Below, in pieces: positions 21,338 through 32,253 of a stretch of DNA of 35,811 nt; position 1 is the first letter of the stretch, and every line of letters begins with the position of its first letter. The notes beneath the pieces are model-generated. The model searched no databases, was not told the DNA's origin, and saw nothing but the letters and a program-made list of their open reading frames with translations. The stretch is from Welwitschia mirabilis (lineage: Eukaryota). Both the position numbers and the translations under genes were made by a program. Location: assembly GCA_051453625.1 (NCBI GenBank), contig JBOZIK010000001.1:11133067-11168877 (forward strand), given 5' to 3'.

Positions 21338-24300
21338 CTATGCTAATTTGGAAATGATATCATTTGATTATCTTAATTATATTTATTAGAAATAAAAGGG
21401 GGTGTTATTAAAAATCAAATCATTTTTTGTACGCCAAATCTGCCAATAAGTCAAGAAAGTCCTATCATTCATGTATGTGTCAGATGCATTATAGAGATTT
21501 CAGTAACTCATAATTATCATTAAATCATCACTCCATTTGCATTGATAAAAAAGGTGATTAGCATAGTCAGGACAAGCATGGCAGATTAGATAAGTAGTTT
21601 TAACTTAGAAGCCCCTCTTGTGCAGTTAGTTTCTTATGAGAATTTTGTTATTATCCTTCAACCAGAAAAAGACTTTAATTTTATCTAGAATTTGGCCCTT
21701 CCAGAATTTCTTATTAGTGTCATCTTTTCCATTTTTTTTTTTTGAAGAATCTTCTTGGTTGTATCTTTATGGTAAATGTTTAAGTCTATCAGATATCTGT
21801 TATCTCTACATAGTTATTTTATTAGATAAGATTCTCCCTGAACGGTGTTCCAATTAGGGTATTTAGAACTAATTAAGCCACTCCATAGCTGTTCTCCCTT
21901 GAACAGCCTTTTCAGAATCCGGTGAGCTCCTGTAAGGAGATAATCCTCTGGTCTCTAAATACTCCAACCTCTAGAGTCCTTTCGTCGAGCTATTGTCTTC
22001 CATTTGCATAGATGAATGCAATTTTGATCTTCACCTCCCAACTAAATAAATTCCTTTAGAATTCCATTGATTTTTTGAATGACATTCTTTTAGAAAGCAG
22101 CGGGGCGGCGGGGGACGCGGGGGGAGGGTGGGGGGGGGAATGGTTGGGAGGGGGAAAGGGGGCGATAACAAAATCTATGTATCTAAAAGAAGAGATTAGA
22201 CATGAGTTTGTTAAGATAATCTTTTCTTTAGAGGAGAGGAAGTTATTCTATCAAGATTTAAGAATATAGTTCCAAGTGAGGGTCTTATGCTAATTCCGTA
22301 ATGGGATTCCCAGGTAGATGTCTGGAAGGTATCCTAATTTGATGTTGAAACGTCTAGTGATTTCATCCCCGCCAATGCGATTTCTACCCAAGGGATGAAT
22401 TTTGGCTTTACTCCACTTAGTGTGGAGACCTGTAGCTTCTACAAAAAAGTTCATGGAATTCTTAATTGCTCTTTCTTGTTGACATAAGACCTTGGTCATG
22501 ATGATAGTGTCATCTGTATAATGGTTATTAATGAATGTTTGACCTCTTATCTTGATACCAGAAACTCCATTAGTTTTAAAAAACCCCTGTAAGATGTTTA
22601 TGACAAATAGGAAAAGATATAGGCATAGATGGCCTTCCTGTTTTAATTCTTTACCAACTAAGAAAAATTTAGAATTGTGGTCATTAACCTTCACACTAAA
22701 TTCAACTGAAGCTTGCATGTATAGCTAAAGGTTTATGATCTCTTGGTGAAATCTAGTATTTGTAAGAATACAACCTAAAGCTAGCTAGCTAATAGAGTTA
22801 TAAGCTTTTGTTATGCCTAATTTAGCAATAAGAAGAGAAAATTTATGCTTTTTAACAAAATTTATAATTTCATGAGTCAAGAGGATTTGGTCCTAGATAT
22901 ATCTAGATAGGATGAAGTCGACTTCATTTTCAGAGATCACCTTGAGTAGCAAGAGGGGTAATACTACCTACCCTGAATTTCACAAAGATTCTATAAATAA
23001 CTTTGCAAATATTTAAAGGTCTAAAGTCTTTCAGTTTATTGGCATCCCCTTTTTTTGGAAACAAGAATGATCCTAGTTCTATTCATTTCCATGGGAATGC
23101 ATTTGTTGTGAAGAATATCTTGCATGACATGTTGAAGGTTGTGCCCCAAGATAGAGAAGTAAGATTTGAAAAGTTCAACTTGCCACCCATCTGGTCCTAG
23201 AGCTCCATTATTCTTCATTGACCTAATAGCTAACAGGACTCCATCTCTGCCCAGGGGTTTAGTGAGTTGGGTATTATTCTTATTGGAGATTCTCTTATTT
23301 TTTGAAATAAGATCAGGGGTGATATCATCCCTTTCCGAGATTCTTTTGAGATGAACCTACATTTCATTAGATATTTCTTGTTCATTTTCACTTATGTGGT
23401 CTCTAGTGATAAGCCTCTTGATCCTATTATCAGCTTTATGCTAATTAGCTTGCTGAAAGAAAAACCTGATGTGTTTGTCCCCCTTCTTAAGCCACTTAAT
23501 CCTTGATTATTTTCTCTAATAGTTTTCCTCATTAGCATATATCTCTTGGAGTTTGATGAGGCATTGATATTCCTTGTCATAGAGGCTGTCTTGGTCTCCT
23601 CCCTCTTCCTACTTAGTTTGGATTCTTTAGATCTCTTTTTCAAGGTCATTTTTGAATTTAAATCTTTCTTTGTTTTTCCTCGTCCAGTCCTTTATATGGG
23701 CTTGTAAGGTGTTAAGACCTCTGTAGAGGAAAGTTTATGGATGAGTATCATCATACTGACTTCAAATTTTTTATTAGAGTTCTGGGGTTTCTATCCTAGT
23801 AATCTAGTAACGTTCCATGCAAAATGGAATCCTCCAGGGTATTATCGCGCCAATTCTGTATTTGATTGGATGGTGATCCGAAGCTATCTAATTCAGTCCA
23901 TAGGCTTCGATTGAGAGCTTTACTAAGTTATTTTCTATGAGAATTCTGTCAATTTTAGACATTATCAGATTGCTTATCCTTCTATAAGACCAGGTGTATT
24001 TACACCAAGCAAGTGTAACATCTACAAGGGCATTCTATGCCATGAAGTCTTTAAGAATTGAAGCCCCTTTGGAATTCCAGTTTTCATCCCTTAATTTCTC
24101 CCAACGATGTAGGCATTGATTAAAGTCTCCCACTATGAGCCACTTGGATTTCCCTATCGCAATCTACTGTAATTCCCCTAATGTGGAAGCTTTATCTTGA
24201 TTATTTTAAGGACTATAGATGTTAGTTATAGTTCAGCCTTATTCCTTAAGAAAAATAGTTAGGTGGTTCTTGCTACTTTTAAGTAAGTCTGCCTCCTTAT

Positions 24301-24511
24301 TTGTGATAATCATGAGGCCTTCTGAGTTTCTTTAAGATGCAAAGATAAAAGTATTCCACTACTACTATAGATTCTTTAGTTTCATTCCATCCCTCATTTT
24401 TGTTTCTTGTAAACAAACTAATTTAATATTAAAATGGTTGATAAGATTTCTTAGGGTCTTTTTCTTGCAGGAGGACCCTAATCCCCTATAGTTCTAAGAG
24501 AGACAATCCAT
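21338..24511 (-). pseudogene. LINE ORF2 (APE endonuclease, RT, C-terminal zinc-binding region)
   Basis: MDCLS*NYRGLG...LVCLQETK; WLIVGDFN; SDHHPI; ALGPDG; DFRPL; HYTDDTII; YLGIPL; HLFYQC; YWQIWRTKNDLIFNN. No RNase H domain seen. Confidence 0.92.
22097..22164 (+). repeat. G-rich low-complexity tract (potential G-quadruplex) interrupting LINE ORF2
   Basis: gcagcggggcggcgggggacgcggggggagggtgggggggggaatggttgggagggggaaagggggcg. Confidence 0.85.
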
Positions 24512-25602
24512 TAGGTCTGTTTTTGCCTTTTTTTGGAAGCTTAACCTTTTTTTAGAGTATCTTCGATGGTATCTTGGGAGCTACTGGCCACATTCTCTAT
24601 AGTTTCCCTTTCTCAGAGGGTTCTGCTACTAGGTTTTTCTCTCATTTGAACTTTCACATCATTCGACTCTTCTATGTTTGATGGATTTTGAGGTTGATAA
24701 GTGTCCCCTTCTTCCATAAGAGGTTGGAAGGAGTTGTACTTCCTCTCTTGTTCCTTCTTCTCTTTGCTTTCCTTGGTTTCCTTGGGGAAAATCATAGTGC
24801 TCTTCACCACTTTTTCCTTCTTCTGTTTATGCTGATAGATGCTCTGATTTTGTTCAGTTTTTTGACAAAAAGAATAGATTTCTTTTCGTTTTTCTTCAAT
24901 ATCAATTAACTGTTTTCCACATTCTTCCCTTATATGGCCCATTCTCCCACAATGAGAACATCTCTTTTCTGTAAAAAGGCATGTTCCTGAGATGTGTCCT
25001 TATTTTTCATAAATTTTAAATGGAACCAGGAGGTTCTTATAGGTAACTTTAAGATCACATATGCCCCATTTGGATCTGAACTTTACAGATTGTATCTCCT
25101 TTGTGTCTTCTAAGCTCATCCAAATGTAAAATCTAGCAAGGACTAACCTTGTCTATTTAATGGTTATTATATCAAGCTTAATCAGTTCACCAAACTGGGA
25201 TGTGATTTTCCTTAGGAGCTCTTCATCCCAAAACTCTAAAGGGAACTTGTGGATGTGGATTCATATTGACAGTTTCCTGAAAAGATTCGGGTCCATTTAG
25301 CTAGGGTGAGTCCCCTCACTCTAGAAAGCCAAGGTCCTCTCGCTATGATCTCATCCCAATCTCATTCATTGTCCAACTAAAAAAGCACTAATCCTTCTAG
25401 CATAATAACTTCAACTTTACTAACTCCTGTCCATTTTGTTGTTACTCATTCTCTCATAAGATCAAGCCTTAGGTATTGGATTGGATGAAACGAACTCACC
25501 GATTAAACTGTATTGGAGTTTCTTCTCTGTCTTCAAGCAAGCACTTTCATTAATATCTAAGACTAGGATTTTTCCTTTCCTAGAGATCTAGGTCTTCTCC
25601 AT
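24511..25602 (-). pseudogene. LINE ORF1 (DUF4283-type region plus CCHC zinc knuckles)
   Basis: MEKT*ISRKGKILVLDINESACLKTEKKLQYSLIGEF; IIARGPW; IHIHKFPLEFWDEELLRKITSQFGELIKLD; CSHCGRMGHIREEC preceded by a decayed second knuckle (GHISGTC); ends SKKRQKQT*. Confidence 0.85.
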
Positions 25603-27349
25603 TTTGGGGAACAAGCCCCTCTTTAAACCCTAAATTAAATCAATGTAGCGGTAACAACGAAATTTCATAACTTACCCGAAGAGTGTCTGTCTGGTGGCCA
25701 ATATCACCCCTTGCACACTGTAACTTCCCAAAATAGAACTACCCCACAAATTCGAAGTCTTCCAAACCCTAGCTCCCTCCTGTGCTCCAGATTCGCCGAC
25801 TGCAATCCAAAATCATTTGACATAGGTGTAATTTCGAGATTTACTAGATTAAAAAAATACATTTTATACTCCTTTTAATTACATTTCCATCCTTCTTTCT
25901 CCTTTAATACTCTGGAGATTGATCAATAGAAATCTTGATGTATGAAATTGAGATTTACTTAAAAAACCATTGAATATGCTATAAGAAGTTATAAACATAA
26001 GTTATGAACAATATAAAATTTATAAAATCTATATAGTTCAATATGTAAATGAGTATTATAGATTGGATATTCTTTAATAATAGACGATATAATACCATTT
26101 TAAATGATGTTAGGTTTCCATGAAATGAGTATATTTTTTTTTTTCTCCCTTAAAAAGGATTTTCATAGTTAGATACATTCAACTATGCATAATAAGAAGA
26201 GATATTGAATTTAAAAGTTTTAATGTACATACCTACCCTTAGAAGCACAACCACCATGAATATTCAAATGAATAATGTAATTATGTCTAGTGCCTCATAG
26301 TGTACAGAGTGACACATTGAAAGATTCTAACTTTCCACCTATTAAATAAAGAACAAGTGTTCCACTTGGGTTACCATCTTAGTTGCATGTTATTATTATT
26401 GTTTCATTAAATAAATGATTATAATTATCATTACACATACATACAATTCTAAGAATGCTTTGCAATTACTAAATATCTTCTATCATCTATTATTTGAGGA
26501 TATCCAACTTCTAACACAAGATGAAATCATTCCATGGATATCAATGCTCATTGACAATTGCCATAAAATTGCAAACTCAATAATAAACAATAATAATATC
26601 ATTAATCAATTACAATAATATGATTACTCGTTATGATAACAACTTGCAGAAAATTAAAAATCGTCTAGAGAATGATGCACAACCTCATGCAACCATTAAA
26701 GAAGCACGAAAGAAAATGCGAGAATCTTTAGAGAAAGAAAGGAAGTGGAAACTAGAAACATTAAATAAGTCAGAAGCCAAATAAATTATGCTACTTACCA
26801 TCCACTGCATAATTCAAGGGATAAAAACCTATCTTATGATGCATTGTACATTTTTTGCCCATGAATCAATGTGTATTAATATGTATGTTTTAGTTTATAA
26901 ATTTTACAAATACCACTTTCATAAGATCCAAAAATGTCTAAAAACAGTATTATGAAACCAGTTTAAGCTATGTCATCTAACAACATACTTTAGAAGATTT
27001 TAGATGTCTAAAGGAGAAATGTAACAATGAAATCTAATTTTGCATCCTAAGTTTTTCACAATGTCATCTAACATTATACCTCTCATAGTATCTTAAGTTT
27101 GCCAAAGAAAATATTAGTGCTACTCTTCTATGTTAGGCAATTTTCTTCCTTTATAGCTACAAGCAAAAATAATAGTTCTTTTAAAAATGTGAATACAAAT
27201 TGAAGCTTCTAAGGAAAAAGGGGGATAAAACAATTTATGGAATGATTATTGGGGGTGTTGAACTTGAAACATTTAATCACCCAAACAAATGATTTAGTTA
27301 CACTCAGACCTTATAGTTCTGAAATTATTATCGTCTCATTGAACCCTGA

Positions 27350-28450
27350 TCATTTAGAGTTTCTCCACAAAGTAAAATCTTGCCATCGCTGTAATGTGCG
27401 TCCACGAACAATATAGTAAAAATGCTAACAGATTAGATATAAGTAAACTATTTTGATAAATGATTTGAAAATTTAACTTAAAAGCCTTTTCTTTTATTTT
27501 AAATTTTAATGTATTGAGAGATTCTTGTAAGGTGGTCCAATACAAAAGATTCTTCCAAAGCTTCTAAACGAAACAAAGCTCAAGGAGAAGCACATGAAGA
27601 ATCGACATTCCTGTCGAGAAAAGCGAAAGTAACCGGTTATGGTGTTCTAGATATTATTTACAGCTCAAAAGAACGTTATTTGATTCTGCAGTCTCTTTCG
27701 TATTCCTCCCGATCATTTGAAATTGTTTCATTTTAGCCGTGTTATTTATATTTCCCGTCTCTCGTTCACCCATGTAAGTGTCTTTTGAGGATGGCGAAGT
27801 TTTTGAATTTAGTCTTTGTTCTAGTTCTCGCGATTACTGTCACTGCAAGTGGAAATCCACTGGACAGTTCTAATGGCGACTTTGACGTTCGTCAACATCT
27901 CGGAACCTCCTCCAGGTATTCATTTTCTTACTTCTTTTCTCCACATTCCCCAGGAAAGATCGAAGCAGGGCTCTTATTTCAGTTCTCACATCCCTGTTTT
28001 ACTTATCCTTGCAGCCGAGGGCTTTTCTAGCGTTTGTGTTTTACTGTAAGAAGGTGTTTGCATTATAAATATGTATTGAAATGAGTACCTTAAGGACCAT
28101 CCATGTCGAGTTTTTGTCGAAAGCCGGAATGGAGGAAGACGGGGATGAGCAACCTTTATGATAACTGCATAGAGAGTTTAAAAGAATATTTTAGGCAATT
28201 CTGCGTGCAGAGATTAGATTCATAGTGAGATGATTGGTAAAGCAACTTCATAAACATTTGATTTTTATTAAGAATTCCAAAAGCAGAAAAAGGTACAGGA
28301 GATGCGACCTACCTTAGTCACACTCGGAAGGTGGTGGTTCATATTGGCAAACGAAATGGGTGTTGATACGGGATTTTCTGAAGAACCTACATTCTGGGTC
28401 TATGACATTTCGAATCCATTGGAAGACGGAAGAAAGGTGAGTATCTTGCA
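27350..28450. promoter_or_regulatory. CpG-retaining promoter/5' region of the MINPP-like gene
   Basis: CG dinucleotides are visibly more frequent here than in the flanking TE DNA, suggesting low methylation. Not quantified. Confidence 0.5.
27791..27915 (+). CDS. MINPP1: Exon 1 of a multiple inositol polyphosphate phosphatase (histidine acid phosphatase/phytase family) gene
   Basis: MAKFLNLVFVLVLAITVTASGNPLDSSNGDFDVRQHLGTSSR: a signal peptide followed by FDVRxHLxTxxRY, the N-terminal motif of plant MINPP proteins. Phase-2 donor AG|GTATTC at 27915/27916. Lies in a locally CpG-retaining region. Downstream exons (RHGxRxP) were not found in the window. Confidence 0.85.
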
Positions 28451-30310
28451 GATACTACAGAGTCTGAGCCATAGTTTAGAAGCTAGAAAATAATTCTAAA
28501 AGACACGCTTAATGCCATCAACCATGTGAGAAACTGCACAGATAAGATCGGCAAATTCCCATAGTGTTTGGAGATTAGGATCTTTATGAACAAGCACCAA
28601 CAAGTAAGGAGGAAAAAAGAAAAAGAAGAAAAAAAGCACCCGAATTATAATATTAAAAAACCATTTCCTTAGCATGCATCATTCCAATTAAGCTGCCTAT
28701 AGTGTTAAGACTTCTGAAACGGTGCGTTTTAGGGTTAAAGCAATTGAAAGATTTTTACAATGAAAGTCACCAAAGGAAGATTTGTCTGACATTCCATTCA
28801 TCGTACAAGAGTATTTTGTCGCCCAAGCTCTGATATGCTAAAACTGATGAATATTTTATTTCAACCACGAGGACATTAAAAATAAGTATTGACATTGGGT
28901 AAAGCTTTCATATTTACAGAAGATGCTTTATGTTTTTTCTGAGTAGAATTTTCCATGGTCTTTTGCCTTCTAGAGATGCGACAATCTGCTCGGGAATCCA
29001 TAATATTCCTGTTGTTTCCACAAAATAACATGGCAAGCAAACCTTCTCCAAAAGACATTGACAAATCTACCTTGCCACCTGGTGAAAAGGCTTTTGTTTG
29101 AGTTCCAAAACAGTTCTGCAAAACTTGAACAAGAAATTCATAGGAATCTTTTGAGTGCATCATAAATAAAGAGTAACATATAAACTGGTCTGAGAATATT
29201 GAGTGACTACACTTAAGTCCCCAAGAAGAGCATTAGGTTATGGTTGCTGATATGTCAAGCCAAGTTGTCTTTATTTTCTCTTAGCCTTTCTAATATTTTA
29301 ATTAAAAGAGTGATTTTTAAGTCACCCTGGGAAAGTACAAATCAATTAAAGTAAAATTTCTTTTTTATGTAGCGTTTTAACTTTTAAATTACAGTTCTAG
29401 TGACCACTTATTTAAAATTACTATAGAAGGGGCATTCTTAAGTTTTGTCAAATTTTAGTGATGTGCCTGTGAGGAGTCAACTAACTTAGAATCATGTCTC
29501 AGAGGCACGTTTAGATTGTACAATGATAATTAGGTTAGCACTTGGCCTGGATCAAAGTTTTGTGTCATGTGAAAGGAGAAATACACTGTTGTGAAATTCT
29601 GTGCTGAGATAGTGAGGTGCTTTAGTTAGTGTAGAGCTTGTTCATGATTAAACCTACTTGTAAAAACTGAGAGTTTGAAAATGAAACTAAAATGGAAAAT
29701 TAAATAGGACATAGGACTACATGGTTAGGAAGGGGAAGAGATCAGGAGCTTGTAGTTGTGCTCTTAGAGGTATTTGGGTGTGCTGCATCTCCTATGCATG
29801 ATGTTTGGGACCTTGCATGTTCCCCCAGAAGGTCTAGGTATGTGTCTCCTGTCATATTATTGTTTTCTAATTATTTTCTAAGCAAGTTGCCCCCTAAGGT
29901 TGGGAATTGTAATGACTATTTTTATAGGGAAATATAAAATATTTATTTTCATTAAAAAGTTCTCCAGTGTTCTTGGTTTAAGGCACCACAAGTTGCATCA
30001 AAGCTCAATAGGATCCTTAAAAGGGTAACAGGAGGCAAAAGAAAAGAGCCAAAAGTAAGTTGGGGGGGTAATTGGAGGAACTCTTCACAACATGGCCCTT
30101 CGTCATAAATATTGGGTTGGCTCTTGCGAGGGATCCCCTTCAGCCACTGCATCTTCTTGCAGTGAGGCAAACTAAAGAACCAAAACCATATTGGTACAGC
30201 TGCAAAACATCTTCTTTCACTATCCTTATAGTCTTGACATCCTGATGGGAATAAGAATACTGCTACAAATCCATGAAAGGTGATGGTAAAGCTGTGTAGT
30301 TCCTCCAGTC

Positions 30311-30398
30311 CAATGGTGTTACTGTGAGCCACACTATCTGCCTGTCAGTGACAACAATGGTGTTATGGTGAGCCACATTATCTGCCTCTGAGTGACAA
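30311..30398 (+). repeat. 44-bp tandem duplication
   Basis: caatggtgttactgtgagccacactatctgcctgtcagtgacaa / caatggtgttatggtgagccacattatctgcctctgagtgacaa. Confidence 0.9.
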
Positions 30399-30439
30399 TG
30401 CTTCATCTATGCCTTGATTTGGACACATTTCTCCTGAAG

Positions 30440-31229
30440 ACGACCCAGCTATTCCTGCAAACTGGAGCATGTATCTTGCATAATGGTGGAACAAAAGTAA
30501 GAAGACTGGATAAAGAAAAGTTGCAAAGGAGAAGGTGGTCATTACCTACAAGTATCATGGCATCTGTAGTATGGGTATGCCTCCTCCTTCAAACTCTGTA
30601 TGACAGACTAGAGAAGTGACAAGTGGCCCTCACTTGTGTAGAGGGAGGGATTGATGAAAGACGAGAGATTGCTGCCTCAAGAGTAACCATGGAGTGAAAC
30701 AGAGAAGTAGAAGTCTCAGTGCACTAACGATAGTTAGTTTGAGAGACACTAGGAGATTTCCTTTAGGATATATTTTTATTCTGTGATGGATAAGCACTCG
30801 GCTAGTGTCTCATGGAGGATTAAGTGCAGCTCTTTTTATTACAGAAGCTGAATATGTCGTTTTGAGGGATGCTGAAAAATGAATGATATGGCAAAATATA
30901 TTTTGGGTTGATTTGGACTTCAACATGCCAAATTCATTATACATTGTGATAGTTGGAGTGCTATTCACTTGATAAAGAGTTTTGCATATCGTGCAACAAT
31001 GACATATTGATATAAAGTATCACTTATCAGTATTATCAGGTAGGTGACTGAAAACAAGAAGCTGGACATTGAGAAAACACATAATCAGGCTAACCTAGCA
31101 GACTTCTTATCCAAGGCTATTGCTGCTTCCAAACAACAATGTATTTGATGATTTGTGCTTGAAAACATGTTCTTGGAGCTTTTGGAAGCAATGGATCTCT
31201 GTTCAACAATTTGCCTTTAAATGGGAGAG
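30440..31229 (+). mobile_element. Intronic Ty1/Copia remnant (integrase trace, RNase H, PPT; RT apparently deleted)
   Basis: GYIFIL, ITEAEYVVL...MIW, IHCDSWSAIHL, HIDIKYH, IEKTHNQANLADFLSKA; PPT atgggagag followed by TGTT at 31230; weak HNGG/CKGEG integrase traces at ~30480-30540. Confidence 0.85.
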
Positions 31230-31811
31230 TGTTATTTGTGAAGCCAAATTGTCCTAATAACTTTGTTTTTCTCGTTTGTTACATTTTAATATCATGAGAC
31301 AATGTTGTAAGTGTTCAGGTTATAAGGCCACATTTACGGGCATTTTGTTTCATTACTGGAAGTAAAGTGGGCTTAGAAAAAGGAGGAAAAACATTAATGA
31401 TCTTTCAAAGTATTCGGCTGTTTGGGAATGAATTGATAACTTTTCTTGTCATTTGGCAATAGGATTCACTTCTGTGAGTGTTTTTTGCGTGCTTGTACTT
31501 TTCTTTTTGTGTTAACTTAAGCTTTGCTTCCTGTTGATGTTTTCCTTTGTATGAGGGGGACTTATCATGTTAACTCTTTGTGAGTTTGCTGTTTCCATGT
31601 CATCAGGTATTTTCTTTATTTTCATAACACATGTTTTTTCAAATATAAGATTATTACAAAATCTAAAACATAAGAATAAAGAAATATTGTTAATTGTCAA
31701 ATTAGTTTTGGTTTGGAAATAATGAACTAATGCAAGAGATGAAAGCTTTGACATTCAAAATCTAGGAAACAGAAGTATTTTTTCCCATTGTATTGTGCAA
31801 AGGGATCGTTA

Positions 31812-32253
31812 CAACTGGTGTAGTAAAGCTCACACCAAACTTGTTGAGTTGGGGTGAGTCCTGTGTTTGATGCATAAGGCGACTCTACAATATGAAATTC
31901 TCTGAGACAAGTCTGGCAGTCTTGGAGGAACCAAACTTACTAGACTCACCAGACTTGGAGAGTTCAGTGAATTTTGTGAATTCATCCCTGAGAAAATATA
32001 AGCTAGTGTTCATCAACAGATGTTAGAGGTTGGTACATATTTGGTTGAACTCATTGAGAGGAGTGTGGTGATCTTGGACTTGTCAGACTTACTTGATTGG
32101 CCAAACTCGACAAGTTTGGTAGCTTGTGCTAGTTTACGAGGTTCAAATTCGCCCAAGATAGCAGAAGTTGGTTTCCATTGGGAGAGTTCAGAGGTTAAAA
32201 CATATTGGATACAAATCTATCTAAGTATCTGATGCCGTTAAGCGACACTACTG
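31812..32253. mobile_element. Possible decayed non-autonomous DNA transposon (hAT/MITE-like) with dispersed aaactc/gagttt motifs
   Basis: Recurrent ccaaact(c/t)g...agtt, gactcacc and gagttc motifs in both orientations; a similar cluster lies at ~35410-35515. TIR and TSD not convincingly resolved. Confidence 0.3.

Larger units (their letters stand above)
18626..25834 (-). mobile_element. Apparently full-length L1-clade LINE with three ORFs (degenerate)
   Basis: ORF1, ORF2 and ORF3 lie in series on the minus strand. The 5' UTR has telo-box-like AAACCCTA motifs; a short T-run lies at 18626-18631. Candidate TSD (t)gagatttact(taa) at 18612-18625, matching 25835-25845 or 25949-25962. Confidence 0.85.

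Noticed and set aside
27785-28030. 81-aa ORF as a complete gene
   Set aside because: Uses a non-ATG start and reads into the intron; similarity to MINPP stops at the GT donor at 27916.
28876-29163. 95-aa minus-strand ORF with faint L1 ORF2 similarity (FSPGGK)
   Set aside because: One weak motif only; cannot be supported without a search.
29245-29275. Possible 5' LTR start for the intronic Copia (aagccaa.ttgtc shared with 31230-31256)
   Set aside because: Similarity does not visibly extend, and no PBS was found.
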